A stretch of 63,287 bases of DNA, counting the filler, from Asterionella formosa (Eukaryota): the NCBI GenBank assembly GCA_002256025.1. It is 13 parts of 13 records of this genome, joined end to end, with 100 filler letters (N's around TTAATTAATTAA, not from the genome) between each part and the next. Parts side by side here need not be neighbours in the genome. Positions count along the whole stretch, not along the records: positions 4,889 to 9,672 come from NKIB01013360.1; positions 9,773 to 14,554 come from NKIB01013361.1; positions 14,655 to 19,432 come from NKIB01013362.1; positions 19,533 to 24,315 come from NKIB01013363.1; 9 more parts are not named here. One strand, given 5' to 3'. Positions 9,469-22,732 of this stretch are shown piece after piece (position 1 is the first letter of the stretch; the number at the start of each line of letters is the position of its first letter). A model generated the notes under the pieces. The model saw only the letters and a program-made list of their open reading frames with translations, did no database searches and was not told the DNA's origin. The position numbers were made by a program, and so were the translations under genes.

Positions 9469-12400
9469 AGATTTCCCTTATAATGGACCTAAGTAAATTT
9501 CTTTAGTTCTACAGGATAGCCCACATTTTTCTAAGATGTATTAATATGACAATTATTTTCGTCTTGTGAAAAATGAGAGAGTTATTCACCTCGCAAGAAA
9601 AACGGGACTTCATGTTGTTATCGGCGATCTCAATTTTCGTTGTCATTATTAGTGTTATTACTTTACTTCTTTNNNNNNNNNNNNNNNNNNNNNNNNNNNN
9701 NNNNNNNNNNNNNNNNTTAATTAATTAANNNNNNNNNNNNNNNNNNNNNNNNNNNNNNNNNNNNNNNNNNNNAAATGAAGATTTAAGATTGAATCGAACA
9801 AAGCAAATGATGACAGCTCAAATGCCGATTTCAACAAAAATCAGACGAAGGACATTTTCTTTTTTGCAGCTCCCCAGCTGCCTCCTCCATCATCATCATG
9901 ATCATGTGTACCGTAGGAGTATATACACCGTTATACAACATATATGCAAGGCAGCGATGGCTGATGTGCAACATCGTCTCCCGTCCGCCCAATTTGCGAG
10001 GTATATATTATTCTATATGATAGAGTGCAAACCGTGAAAGGAAAGGTCAATGATGAAGAGCGAAAGAAATTTAGGAGAGCGAGTTGTAACCGGTATGTAT
10101 GTAGGAGTGCCATTTTCCTACTACCAGGTGAGCGGCATCATTACAGTTTAATATAGGGTTAGTGTTATGTCAGTTATGTCAGAAGTAAATAATGAAAGAA
10201 CTTGACTAACACCTTTTATATACTTTGGTGTCAACTACGAGAACAAGTTGCACATCAAGATTTAGTAATAAACTATTATATTCAACAAATGCTACTACTT
10301 TTAGTTAGATACTTCACTATGAATTCAAAATGAGTCAAATTAGAATTAATAATGTTGATATACTCTCAAGTCCCAGTGGTCCCATTGATGAAGGATAACA
10401 ACATACTAAACATCAAGACTCGGACCTCTTTGAGTATCACTACCTGGTCGATTTTTGGAGTCTTTCAACCAAGATATGATCAATGAACACTTGTTGATTG
10501 ATTTCAGTAAATCCTGTGATATGGCTAACACATGTACCCCGCCCCCTCTTCAGGAGTCCAGCAGATTCTTTGCTTTTTCTGCTACTGTTACAAAAGATGC
10601 CTCACAAATATTGCCATGTCTGATGGGATGAGCGTTGCAACACAATCAGATGCTAAGTCCCATGACAGTCTCAACAAAGTCATGGTGATGTGGCTGGAGG
10701 ATTATCTTGCTTCCTCATGATATCTTTGAGAGTCAGCAACAGTGGATGCCATGATAATACTCGAAAAAACATTTCAACATAATGGTGATGAAATTCTCTG
10801 CCTGTCTCAAGACCTATAATAAGAAGAACACAAAACAAATGATTTGCTTGGTTTTGAATTACTTCGAGAGTCAACAATCTTCCAAAGATAATTTCAAGCA
10901 CATCCTCAAGCATGAGTTCTACTAGTATAACACTATATCAACTTCGCATCGCTGAAGGCAATTGTGTTCTCTTGTGTCAAATTCTAACACAAAATAGTCT
11001 ATATAAAGCTAGTTGAAGTTGAAGACAATCAGGTGATGCATCAAGAAACTAAGCGTGACTAGTGTCAATTTTTAACAAAAGATCGTCTTCGCATCGCTGA
11101 ATGCAGTCGTGTGATCCATCAAGAAAACAAGCATGTCAAGTGTCAATTTGTACGCGATAAAAAAGTGGTAATTGCAGGGCGCATTCATTTTAATGCAGCT
11201 GGACACGAATGGGATAGTGAAACAACGTCGGTCAAACATAAAGCCCGTCATATTGGGTTCCTGTTGCGCGGAAATTCTACGCAGAGCGAGTTATCATACT
11301 GACACAGCTAATCCCCCTCCCCCCCCTGTTTATTTTTTTCTTTCGTGCATGTTTTCTACATAGTGGGCTATCCATGGGTTAATCATATGATGATGTCTGG
11401 TTAGGGTACTGTGCTGAAGGCCACAACTGCCGACTTCTACAAATCTGCCCAGGAAATTTTAGTGGTCATGAATCCTCATGTTGTTCAGCTACTAGTCGCC
11501 TTTGCGCCAGAAGAGTGTGCGACAATTTGCGATGATATTTTTATAATATGTAAAAATATACATGATGGCATTGAATATAGTCTTACGTCAGTCATTCCAA
11601 GTTTAACATTTTTTATATCCAGGATAATTACAGGATGGATATCGCCAAAATTGCAACACTAGATACTATAAAATGCATACCGGCAGCTGGATTCGACATA
11701 TCATCCCATACATCTTAAGGCCTGATTATGGTATCATTTCTGTCTTTCCCTAAGAATGCATAAGCTTCATTGCAATTCATTCTCATTTCATTGGTAACCC
11801 CAAGATTGGCGGCTGCTGCGAATATACATGACATCATAAGATGAATGTTATCTGATTGCGGTGGCTGGGTCCTGATGTTTAATCTATGAATGGCTTGAAC
11901 TAGAACAGGATATTTCGTTGTCTATCGAAAATATATAATTAATAAACACCATGTATGGCAGGTACCTACCTTATCTTCCTTTGCCAGTACTCTTTCAGCA
12001 TGATCAACTGATCCTAACAGTGGTATGGCATTCTTTTATGTTGTATTATGGTGATACTCCCATGATACAAGTAAATAGTATTCCCTCTGTTTGAAATTAA
12101 TTGCGTCAAACCGCCTCCACCAGTCTTTACTGTTCGCATATTAAGCTTGCGGCCCCGCAGTTACACATTACGAGGTCTTTTTTTCCATAATAATTTTATT
12201 ATGTATTTCAATCCACAGAGTACAAGCAACGATAAAAATTAGCTTTCACCTATACGACCACTTTGCATATGCTTAGATACAGTCATTCCTAGACTTAGGG
12301 GTATGGTCTATATGCAGATATGGTAAGCACCTCATTTCTGGAGAGAAGTGACAGTTATCCCTCTTGGAATCGTAACTATCCAAAAAATAGTCAAAAAAGG

Positions 12401-13236
12401 GGGCCATCAAGCTTTTAAAAAAATCTACAAGGGACAACTGCCACTTCTTTTCAGAAGTTAACTCCTGACGTTATAGGGTACACGGCTATCTATTTCACTC
12501 TTCATGAAACCCCGTAGATGTAGAGCAATCCTCCTCCAAAAAGTCGACCCGATCGGCTTTTTCAACAGTCGCCAAAATATTGGAATCAGAACTTGTATGT
12601 GCAAGAACGTTCTCGTATACTTAGAGTCTTGCGTAGGTATGTTTCGCTGAATAATTCTCAGTCCGAAAAGACTCCAGGGTAAGTTCCCGCGTCACTACAC
12701 ATATTCTGATTGGTTGAAATGAATTTACTCACCTGCTGCAGATCGGCTGGAGTATCCCGGTCTTGTAAAATCTCGCCAGCCACACTTGAATCACACGTAT
12801 TAGATGTACTGAATCCTGGTTGGGAAAATCAGTACCGGTACTACCGGTAGTACATCCTGTCCTCCATCATGATGAACCAATATTGTGTACTACCTGATGC
12901 TCCAAGTGCCGAAATACCGTTACTCTGGGACTCCGGTAATGATTTACATAAGGGTATATACCTTTGTGCGTGGAGTGATAGTATTGAAACTACAAACAGC
13001 AACGTAGATTCATTATTAACGTATAAACAAGAGCCTTGAGCATACATGTTGGCATACTCCTAATTTATATATTTGTTTTGGCGTTGAGCAAAATTATGTC
13101 TACATCCAGCAACCTAGAAAAAGTATAAATGTTTAAATATCTTTTTTTTAAATGGAGCTCTATCAATCTGGCCCCGATTCCTATTTAATTCAAATAATTA
13201 TGTATGTTGCCAAATTTATCATATTGGGCCACCCAA

Positions 13237-13708
13237 ATAATTAATTTGGGTGATCACATTTGACTAGCCTTTTTTGTGGCAGCTGTACCAATAATCGGAG
13301 TTGTAGATGCATATGGAACCATCCTGTGCCACTTTGTGTACAATACTCTTGATCCTGTACTAGTCTATGCATTATACTTTTAATTTGCAGACAAATGGGG
13401 CACAAGAAATCCTCCAATTAGTGTGAGGAACCTGCAAGCAAATGCATCAAGATGTGAGTTAGTATATATTAGGCTACGTACATAATTAATTTGGGTGATC
13501 ACATTTGACTATCATCTTAGGATTTTTAAGGTGGCTTTAGCAATAATTGGCGTGGTAGATGTTTATGGAACAATCCTGTGCCACTTAGTGTACGATATTC
13601 TTGATCCTATAGTCTATGCATGACACTTTTAATTTGCAGACAAATGGGGCACAAGAAATGCTCCAATTGGTGTGAGAAACCCGCAAGTGAATGCATCAAG
13701 CTGTGAGT
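13237..13708. repeat. Diverged tandem duplication, ~245-bp period
   Basis: 13237-13459 aligns with 13482-13708 (ataattaatttgggtgatcacatttgacta...gcatcaag.tgtgagt). Confidence 0.9.
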
Positions 13709-14219
13709 ACCGGTATCATTTTTTAATTTACATATGTACGCAAATCATACCGACATAATTGATGGACACTACCACTTAAAAACTGTAAGCCACCGCTACG
13801 GCGACTTTTGAATTGTAAGCCACCGCTAAACGGAGTAAACGCACGGTTTGAAGTTAGTTTACAAGATACGCTATTTATTGTCACGAACGAGTTGTTCAGA
13901 TTTATATAGCGAGTAAATACTTTCCTACTTGTATTGTTGCATTGTGTACATTGTTAATTAGGTATTATCGCCCAAAGGTTGCTGTCGACGTGAAATTGCG
14001 AAAATTGGATATTTTCACGTTTACTCGATTGAGCAAGCATCACCTTTTATATACGTATTCAGCTGTTGTAATATTCCTCCGCTAGAAAACTAATTTATTA
14101 TCCTCTAAAATTTATTTAATATGGCTACGACGTCATTGCGCTTTCGCTCGTGCGCCATAATAAAGAGATAAATTCAGTAATGGAAAACGTCAAATAGGAA
14201 TTCCTGGCGCGCCCGAATT

Positions 14220-14554
14220 ATGAGTACAAAACTTAAATGCAAACACAAACAATCACCCATAACCCATCACAATACCAACATCATGATCTCGAAAGCGCCT
14301 CGACAATGCAAAGCCTTGCCTCGAAAGAAATTGTCTCCTGAAGAGTTGGTCAGTGTTCAGTTTTGTCTTAACAATGTGATTAGGGAGCTAGAAGCTAAGA
14401 AGGCTAACAATGGTGGAAAAATGTCTCATGGTGCTATTTCTAGGACAGTATCAGCTAAGCAATGCATTTTCCCTTGGATATCTGTTAACCAAGTGAAGAA
14501 TGAACTAAAACAAAGTGCTAAACTAGAAGTTAAGTCTAGTACTACTAGTATGTA
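14220..14554 (+). mobile_element. 5' part of a pogo-like DDE transposase (cut by the contig end)
   Basis: ELEAKKANNGGKMSHGAI...FPWISVNQV matches the N-terminus of the 36673 transposase (EFEAIKANNNGKLQYGAI...LPWLTKNKV). Confidence 0.7.
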
Positions 14555-14654
14555 NNNNNNNNNNNNNNNNNNNNNNNNNNNNNNNNNNNNNNNNNNNNTT
14601 AATTAATTAANNNNNNNNNNNNNNNNNNNNNNNNNNNNNNNNNNNNNNNNNNNN

Positions 14655-15541
14655 GCCGTGAGTGCGACAATCTGTGCCTCCAGCTTAGCATCTTTAGCAG
14701 ATGGTAAATTCCACTTCTTAGACTCCACGAGCATCTTATATTTATTTAGGGCCAGGTCCATCAGCGAATCCACATCAAAATCCACCCGTCCATCGTGATA
14801 CTGATCCTGCTGACCAATCATGTAATCATGGAACACTTTATCCTCCACAGCCTCGTATGCTGTAAACAGATTTGTCAGTAGGTCAGAAGAAGTTTCCCCA
14901 CAAGACATAAGTGCGTCACGTTGCACACGGACATGGAGGTTAAACTTCTCAATGTTGCAGTCCACCGATAACATGTATTCATCCAACACGCTGAGGGTAC
15001 GGCGAATAGTAGCCACCGTGGATCGTGTATCGACCGTGCATCTCGTAATGAGAAGTTTCAAGAATGCAGCACCACTTGCCACCACGTGTGTAGGGGCTGT
15101 GGGTGACGTAAGACGATAGGCAGATGAGTCTGTAGAAACCTTGAGCAAGGCCTCCATTGAAAGTGAATCGTAAATGCACGTAAACAACTGCGCACTGTTC
15201 TGTGCGTCACGCGTCTGGGAATGAACATGGGTGGCTGCGTGAGCAACCACATTTGCCATGGTGACCCTTCCATATTCGGTGATTAGGTTTCGCCCAACGT
15301 TGTGGTCATCAGGGATCGTGAGGATGGAGGCCCATCCAAATGCGTCGGCTCGTTGCTGCAAGGCTTGAAGGAAAAGGCGGAGACCTCCAGTTTCACCATC
15401 GAAGGGATGATTGAGTTTTTCGGTTGCAGACTTGTACAATTTCATCCCTTCATTTGAGTTGTAATCAACGGGATCAGGATTTGCGAGAGCTGGGGTTAGA
15501 GCTAAGACGAAAGCCGCATGGGCGTTGGGAGCTTGAGACAT
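14655..15541 (-). mobile_element. CoDi-type Ty1/copia gag (partial, runs off the contig)
   Basis: ALTPALA...VDYNSNEGMKLYKSATEKL..FDG...RADAFGW...NLITEYG...CNIEKFN...DLLTNLF resembles diatom CoDi gag; an LTR lies upstream. Confidence 0.8.
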
Positions 15542-15670
15542 GTTAGGTTCTAGACCACGAAGTCGAGAGGATCGACGAAGAATGATAGACGATAGTCTAC
15601 AATACGGCGGTTGTCGTGTTGCGCAGGGGAAGCATGAGGGAAACCAGCAAATATTCAAACGAATAAATGC

Positions 15671-16067
15671 AGTTTGACAATAACCAAAGTAAGACGCAAA
15701 TCAATAACAGATTAGTCTACTTTCAATTATATGTCTCATAATCATTGGGCATCGTCTGCAAAAACGCACTAGCCTGTCTAACATGCACCAAACAGCAGCA
15801 AGACGAGAAGACCCTCATCATTCAGATATACCTGAATGTGGACTGAACACATCGCTCAAAAACCCTTATTATTCCAATAGAAGAATCGCTACAACGCAGC
15901 ATGACTCGCCATCAACCAACTGCCAAAAGAGACCCAACCACATCCGCTTGGACCCAATCCAGCAGCAAGTTACAAATCGAATCATCAATGCAAAAATGAA
16001 GGGGGGAACCCGGAAACCCATCAGACACTTTAATACCACAGCCTCACCATCACACGTACGTCAAACA
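15671..16067 (-). mobile_element. Putative 5' LTR (~397 bp) of the gag-bearing element
   Basis: The minus strand begins TGTTTGAC at 16067, exactly where the trypsin pseudogene breaks off, and ends GTCAAACT at 15671 (7-bp terminal inverted repeat). Confidence 0.6.
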
Positions 16068-16602
16068 TTGGAATACCCAATGGCACTGCACCCCTGGCAC
16101 CAGGGAGCAAGGGCACATGAGAAATGCATAATTCTCACAAAACACAATCTCGGCAGCACCCACTGCAGGCACAGCGCTGTTGGTATTCAAAGCAACAGGG
16201 GCGACTTGAGTAATGGCTGTCTTGAGTTTGATGACAAGGATATCGTTCTTGTTAGTAGCACTATTGTAACTCGGATGAGGAATGACCTTTTCCATTTAGG
16301 CCTGATAGTAGCCAGTACTGTTTGATTTTTTTCGATGCTAACCCGGACCAAGCTGCTTGCAAGACTAAAGTCGGCCGAATCATAGCAATGGGCAGCACAA
16401 AAAAGAATATATTTTTTGCGATCAATGTGCCACCACATGATGCATAACCAGCTCCGTTGGCTTGATAAAATCGAACTGAGGTGAAGTATGGGTATCTGCC
16501 TTTGGCGGCTGGATAGCCTCCAACAATGCGAGTGTCTAGTTCTCGAGGGCTGGGAGTTCGAAACGCGCTTCGCAACCATAGAACGGTGAACAAGAGGGGC
16601 AT
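16068..16602 (-). pseudogene. Trypsin-like protease pseudogene, frameshifted and interrupted by the LTR element
   Basis: RIVGG..GRYPY..CGGTLI, CAAHC and HPSYN..NDILVIKL lie in three different frames; the GDSGGP half is absent. Confidence 0.88.
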
Positions 16603-18292
16603 AAACTGATTGGGAGGAACGATGAGAGTTAGGTTGAGCTAATAAATCTTACATATTTGAAATGAAACCAAACCAATTGTTGAAACTGACGATGAGTTGA
16701 ATATCGAATCTTTCTCCGCCTCCTGATTTTGTCCTGGTGATGATGTAATTTGCCGATTTCGCAGCATGTCGGCTTGCACATGCTTCGTTGAAGCTCGTCA
16801 CTTGCACAACAATTTTACCGGACACCGAGGTCGGTGTGTGCGATTCAATATGGAAAACGGAATCCAGAATCAGCTTGGATGTCATGCATGACGTCGAAAA
16901 TGAGCATAACATCGTCAGGAAACAATATTGGTATACCGGTACATACCGGTATGCTTAGAGCGGCTTCTGGTATGATGACGCAAGGCTCACCAGAATAGTA
17001 CGTGGGTATAATAGGTACTATCATGTATCCTGTCGGATTAACAATGCATGGAACAGAACTTGCATGGACTTGGTAACTTAATAAAATCATACACTATTCC
17101 TCCTTACTGCAGTATTACTCTAGCATGCTCATAGAAAAATGCTTTTCTGTTGTGTGAAGGAGAAATACAGATGGCTGCAATTGTAGCTGACTGGGGATGG
17201 TGGTGTGCGTGTATGTGCTCATGGTTACCAAATGTCTTAATTGGAAAAAGTTTGATGCCATCTCATCAGGCCCTATGCACCGATATTCCTTAAATGCAAT
17301 GCCATGAACCCAGCCAAGGTGCTTTTCCAATTGTCATCAATGTGGTCAATATACAAGCAGCCCCTAAATTTTCTGGGGTAAAAATGATAGGTTGCCCAAG
17401 GAAGTGTATCCTTTTGTGTTTCCTTCTTCGCGCAATATTCTATTCAGAATAATGGCATCACGAGTTCCGGTGACACAGCCAATCACATGGTGAATCTGTA
17501 AGTCCTACTCAGCTGCAAATGATGCTGAAATGTAGCCAAAACAGTGTACCTGCCACTTCAGAATATCACCCCATTTGATCCTGGCAAATCCATAAAAATG
17601 ATTTTCTAGGTGCAGCTCACCCTCCTGAACATTATTTACGTGTTCACTTCCCTCTCACCGTAAAGCGTCCTGGCTAGGTTGATTATCCTTGAGTGAAATC
17701 TTGTTAATGGAGCAAGTGAACCAGTTTCTCTCTGATTTCATGGATTATACTAATTCTTGAAATGTCACTCCTGGTGTGCTGCAATATCGAGCAGTCTGTT
17801 GAATCCACAAGTTCGGACTGGATTCTATATCATGTCTGTAAGACAGCAATAGACAGATGTCAGCCTACAGGGGAGGCTTTGTTGATGTAAACCCGATAAT
17901 TAGTAAAGAATGAGCATGAGCAGAACTCATGTTATCTATGTATATATACCTACTACTTATCCATCCATGTAACCTTCACTGTTGACGTGGCTTCTTTCGT
18001 TTTCTTTCCTTGTACTTTGATCCACTCACCGTCTGTATCTTGTACGTCAATATTTCCGAACACAGACCAAACATTTCTACAAAAATCATTGTAAGTGTCC
18101 GGTATATGTCTGATTGTTCTACCAGGTACCAGCTACCAGGCAACAGCATGTTGCGGTCATTTTGCCGAAAATGGAATGTTATCTTACTTGAGACTTCCTC
18201 TAGATCTAATGACGGAGAAACAATGACGCATCCTGATTGTCCAAAGTCAGGACATTTTGCATTTCAAACGGCCCTTATGGAAGTGGCTTTCC

Positions 18293-18538
18293 TGATAAGA
18301 TACTATCTAAAGACGAATTGGCCTGTTAGTGCCCTGCTGTAATGGTAGGTCCAACAAGTTGTGACTTGAGGCCGTTCCAGCAGTACTTTTTACTAGGTTA
18401 GTATGTATCTACGTAGATGGTACAACCACGTTGTACCAGTACCCATCAATACTGTGGATATCTGATTCATCAGTTGCACTAAGCAGTAAGTCACCAATTA
18501 CCCGGAGAACCCGAGCAATCTCGTTCCCATATTTATCA
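18293..18538 (-). mobile_element. 3' LTR (246 bp) of a CoDi element, preceded by a polypurine tract
   Basis: Minus strand: CAAGAGGAG PPT (18539-18547), then TGATAA...TTATCA termini. Confidence 0.75.
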
Positions 18539-18613
18539 CTCCTCTTGAATCAATAATCCAATAGTTTGATTGACCATAATAATACTTGCATAGAATATGC
18601 AAATCCCTAATCC

Positions 18614-19432
18614 CTATCCATGCATCACCTCCCCGACTAACATGGCAAACACCTTGTTAGTCTGGGCCTTGGTGAGCACATCTGCAAAATTATACCTTCC
18701 ATCAATCTTGACTGGATGTACAATTCCGCATGCCGCCGCATCCCTCACCTTGTGATATGAGATGGCAACATGTTTCTTCTTCAACAAACTATCCTTGATA
18801 GTAACATTCTGAACTACTCCAAGGTTGTCACCGAACAGGTATGAGGCATGAGCCACCCCCACTCCCATTGAGCGTAGCATATAACGAATAGCTATGGTTT
18901 CTTCAACTGCAATGCGCATAGCACAAAACTCAGCGCCGTATGTTGATGTCTACACTGCTCCTTGTCGCCTACTCATAAAGAATACAGATGTTCTTCCAAC
19001 AAATATAATCAAAACGGTCACTGGCTGACCTGCGTGTGATCTTGTCATGTGCATGATCTGAGTCAACAAACACAGTTATGTCCAGCTCATCAACCAATGG
19101 CTTTGGTAGGTTGCTGTCAAACTCCTCAGATGCTTCAGGGTAGTCTTCACCAAGAATACTTGCGTAGTCTTGAGAGAAATCTTCTTCAAATCCTGAAAAG
19201 TCAGGCGACCTAGAATCCACAACAATTCGCCTAATTGGCCTCCTCTTAAGGTAGCCAAACACTTTCAATACCCGCTCAAGGTGTCCTTTTCTTGGACATG
19301 CAGAAAATCTTGACAATGACATTGTGGCGTGTGCGACATCAAATCTCCCAATTGTTACTACCCAATTCAACATGCCAATTAACATCTGAAACTTTCGATG
19401 TTCGTCATCACTAAGTAGTGTGGTGTCATCGA
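18614..19432 (-). mobile_element. CoDi Ty1/copia pol C-terminus (end of RT + RNase H), frameshifted near 19020
   Basis: IGMLNW..TIGRFD, FVDSDHAHD..TRRS, ETSTYGAEF, GDNLGV, LKKKHVAISYH and NFADVLTK motifs. Confidence 0.95.
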
Positions 19433-19532
19433 NNNNNNNNNNNNNNNNNNNNNNNNNNNNNNNNNNNNNNNNNNNNTTAATTAATTAANNNNNNNNNNNN
19501 NNNNNNNNNNNNNNNNNNNNNNNNNNNNNNNN

Positions 19533-21300
19533 CTAATTCAGTGAGACTTGTCATGAGTCTAATCTCTGTTGGAAGTGTTCCAGTGAATTTATTGTTGGAC
19601 AAAATAAGGTAAGAGAGATTTGTCATCAGACCAAACTCAGTGGGTAGTTTACCATCCAAACGATTAGGACCCAATGATAAGAATGTGAGGCTTGTCAAGA
19701 GTCCAATCTTTGTGGGAAGTGTGCCAGTGAAAATATTTATGGACAAATCTAGATAATTGAGACTTGTCAAGAGTCCAATCTCTGTGGGAAGTGTGCCATT
19801 GAAATTACTGTAAGACAAATCTAGAACATTTAGACTTGTCAATAGTCCAATCTCTGTGGGAACTAGGCCAGTGAAAATATTGTAAGATAAGCCTAGGAAA
19901 AAAGTATTATTCAACAAGTATAGATCAGTGAAAATTGTCAAGAGTCCAATCTTGTCTACATATTTTATCTAACCCTAGTAGCATTCTGTGGATAACACAT
20001 ATTGACCACTATTATGTCATCAGTAATTAAAATTTTTGAGGATTTGATCCATTGAATGCATCTAAAATATTGAGACTGGTCAATAGTCCAATCTCTGTGG
20101 GAAGTGTGCCAGTGAAAGTATTGTAAGACAAATATAGATTATTGAGACTTGTCAATAGTCCATTCTCTGTGGGAAGTGTGCCAATGAAAGTACTGTAAGA
20201 CAAATCTAGAACATTGAGACTTGTCAAGATTCCAATCTCTGTGGGAAGTGTGCCATTGAAAGTAGTGAAAGTATTCCCAGACAAATCTAGATAATTGAGA
20301 CTTGTCAAGAGTCCAATCTCTGTTGGAATTGTTCCAGTGAAAATTTTTCTGGACAAATCTAGATAATTGAGACTTGTCAAGAGTCCAATCTCTGTATGAA
20401 TTGTTCCAGTGAAAATATTTCTGGACAAATCTAGATAATTGAGACTTGTCAAGAGTCCAATCTCTGTGGGAAGTGTGCCAGTGAAAGTATTGTCAAACAA
20501 ACCTAGATCAGTGAGACTTGTCAAGAGTCCAATCTCTGTGGGAAGTGTGCCATTGAAAGTATTGCCAGACAACTTTAGATCAGTGAGACTTGTCAAGAGT
20601 CCAATCTCTGTTGGAAGTGTTCCAGTGAATTTATTGTTGGACAAAATAAGGGAAGAGAGATTTGTCATCAGACCAAACTCAGTGGGTAGTTTACCATCCA
20701 ACCGATTAGGACCCAATGATAAGAATGTTAAGCTTGACAAGAGTCCTAGCTCAGTTGGAATTTTTCCAGTTAGATCATTTCCATTTCGAATTTGGTGATC
20801 TCCATGTCCAAAGTTCAAATATCCTTTTTTGTTTTGGAAACAAATGTGCAAAGCCATGAATGAGATATATTCAGTATATACCACTGGCACTTTCTAATTC
20901 TTTGATATACTTACGTAGTTTTGGCAACTGAAGCCACTCTGAACTGATTTTTCCAGATAATAAAATATTGTCACCAAAGTCTAATGTCGCTGAATAAAAA
21001 GAGAAATATACAAAAATTAAGTGGAACCATTTCACACCCATTTGTCATAAAAACCATAAGCAGCACTTACAAAGATTAGTCATAGATTCAGAGATGGGTG
21101 GTAGCTGTGCAATTATATTAGATGAGCAATTGAAGTACTCTATAGAAATAGCCATAAAAAAAGGTTTTGGTTTAGAAAAATCTTCAAAACTGTTTTCCGA
21201 TATCCTTGACACTCACCTAGATTTGAAAGCTTATTGAAGCTTGAAGGTAGTTCCAAAATCGTATTGTTGCTCAAATCTATGTACCCTGTTCAACGAAATA
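19533..21300 (-). CDS. Plant-type (24-aa) LRR protein, multi-exon, partial and probably disrupted
   Basis: About 15 units of TGTLPTEIGLLTSLxxLxLSxN (72-bp nucleotide repeats) in 20027-20790 and 19533-19950. GT donor sites upstream near 20915, 21070 and 21216. An in-frame stop or insert lies at ~19955-20040. Confidence 0.8.
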
Positions 21301-21310
21301 ACAGGCAAAA

Positions 21311-22732
21311 GTGGTTGTTAGATTGCAAAATTCAGCGAAACCATGTTTTCTTTCAAATCTTTGCTTACTCAACTTGCTCCCGCACCATTACCTCCCCTGC
21401 CCAGTCACCCCTGGCCTATGGATGGATACCACCAGTAATCTCATGTTTACACTTGTTGTTGATGATTTTGGTGTACGTTACACCAAACGTAGTGACGTGA
21501 ACCGTCTCCTCACCACTTTACGTACCAAATACCGACTCACAACTGATTGGACTGGCTCTCGATACATTGGCCTTACACTGACGTGGGACTACAAACATCG
21601 CACAGTTGACCTCACTATGCCTGGTTACATTGTTCGTGCTCTACAACGATTCACGCACTCCACCCCAACACACCCACAACATGCCCCCCATGCCTGGACT
21701 GCACCTAGTTATGGCGCTCGCCAGCAATTTGTTGTTTCTGATGTCACTCCTGTCCTTGACCTCCATGATAAAACACGTGTGCAAGAGATTCTTGGTACTT
21801 TATTGTATTATGCCCGTGCTATTGACTGTACTAGTCTATGTTGCTGGCCCTTTGTACATTGGCTACACAACAAGCAACCCCCACTGTGGCTACCTTGACT
21901 GCTATTACTCACCTTCTCAATTATTGTGCCACTCATCCTGAGGCCACACTTCGCTTTACTGCCAGTGACATGGTCCTCCATGTTGAAAGCGATGTCTCCT
22001 ATCTCTCTGAAACACGTGGTCGCTCCCGCGCTGCCGGCATTCACTTTCTCAGCTGTAAACCCGTGTCTCCACCTAGCCTCCCTACGTCCATCCCTCCTCT
22101 TAACGGTGCTATTTACGTACACTGTCAAATTCTTAAGGAGGTTTTATCAAGTGCTGCTGAGGTCGAATTAGCTGCTTTGTTCCACAATGGCAAAGAGGCA
22201 TATGCTATTTGCAACATTCTTGTTGAGCTTGGTCATCCCCAACCTTCTACCCGCATTGTCACCGATAATAGCACTGCCATTGGCATCGCCAATGATACCG
22301 TCTGACAAAAACGCTCCAAAGCTATGGATATGCGTTATTACTGGGTATGCGATTGGGTTCGCCAAGGCCAATTTCTTGTATACTGGATAAAAGGTAGTTT
22401 GAATCATGCTGATTATTTCACTAAACATCATCCCGCTTCCCATCATATGTTGATGTGCCCACACTATCTCCATTGCCCTCCATCCCTCCCTAGTCCTTTT
22501 AACTATTATGAGTGCTTGGCTTCTGATGCTGATATCATCTCCACCCCAGCTCCTGTTCTTCTGCCTGAATCTGTTGGTGATGGTGTGTTAATATCTGCAA
22601 ATGATGCTCCATACATGCGCCGTACAAACCATACCAGCACAGCCACCAGATTAGGTACATGCGTGAGTGCTAACAACGATGTACTCGAAACAGCAATAGA
22701 ATAGTCATAATATTGTAGTTCACCTTTATTCA
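21311..22732 (+). mobile_element. Decayed Ty1/copia RT-RNase H (VDDFG type) with PPT and a putative 3' LTR 22586-22732
   Basis: FTLVVDDFGVRY, DWTGSRYIG, LGTLLYYARAID, SAAEVELAALF, TDNSTA and KRSKAMDMRYYW motifs. Frameshift ~21835, stop at 22303. GGTGATGGTG is followed by TGTT...ATTCA. Confidence 0.92.

Noticed and set aside
13300..13680. U-box/RING-like remnant (minus strand EDFLCPICLQI...VAQDG) in the 245-bp tandem repeat
   Set aside because: Too short and interrupted by stops and frameshifts to support a gene call.
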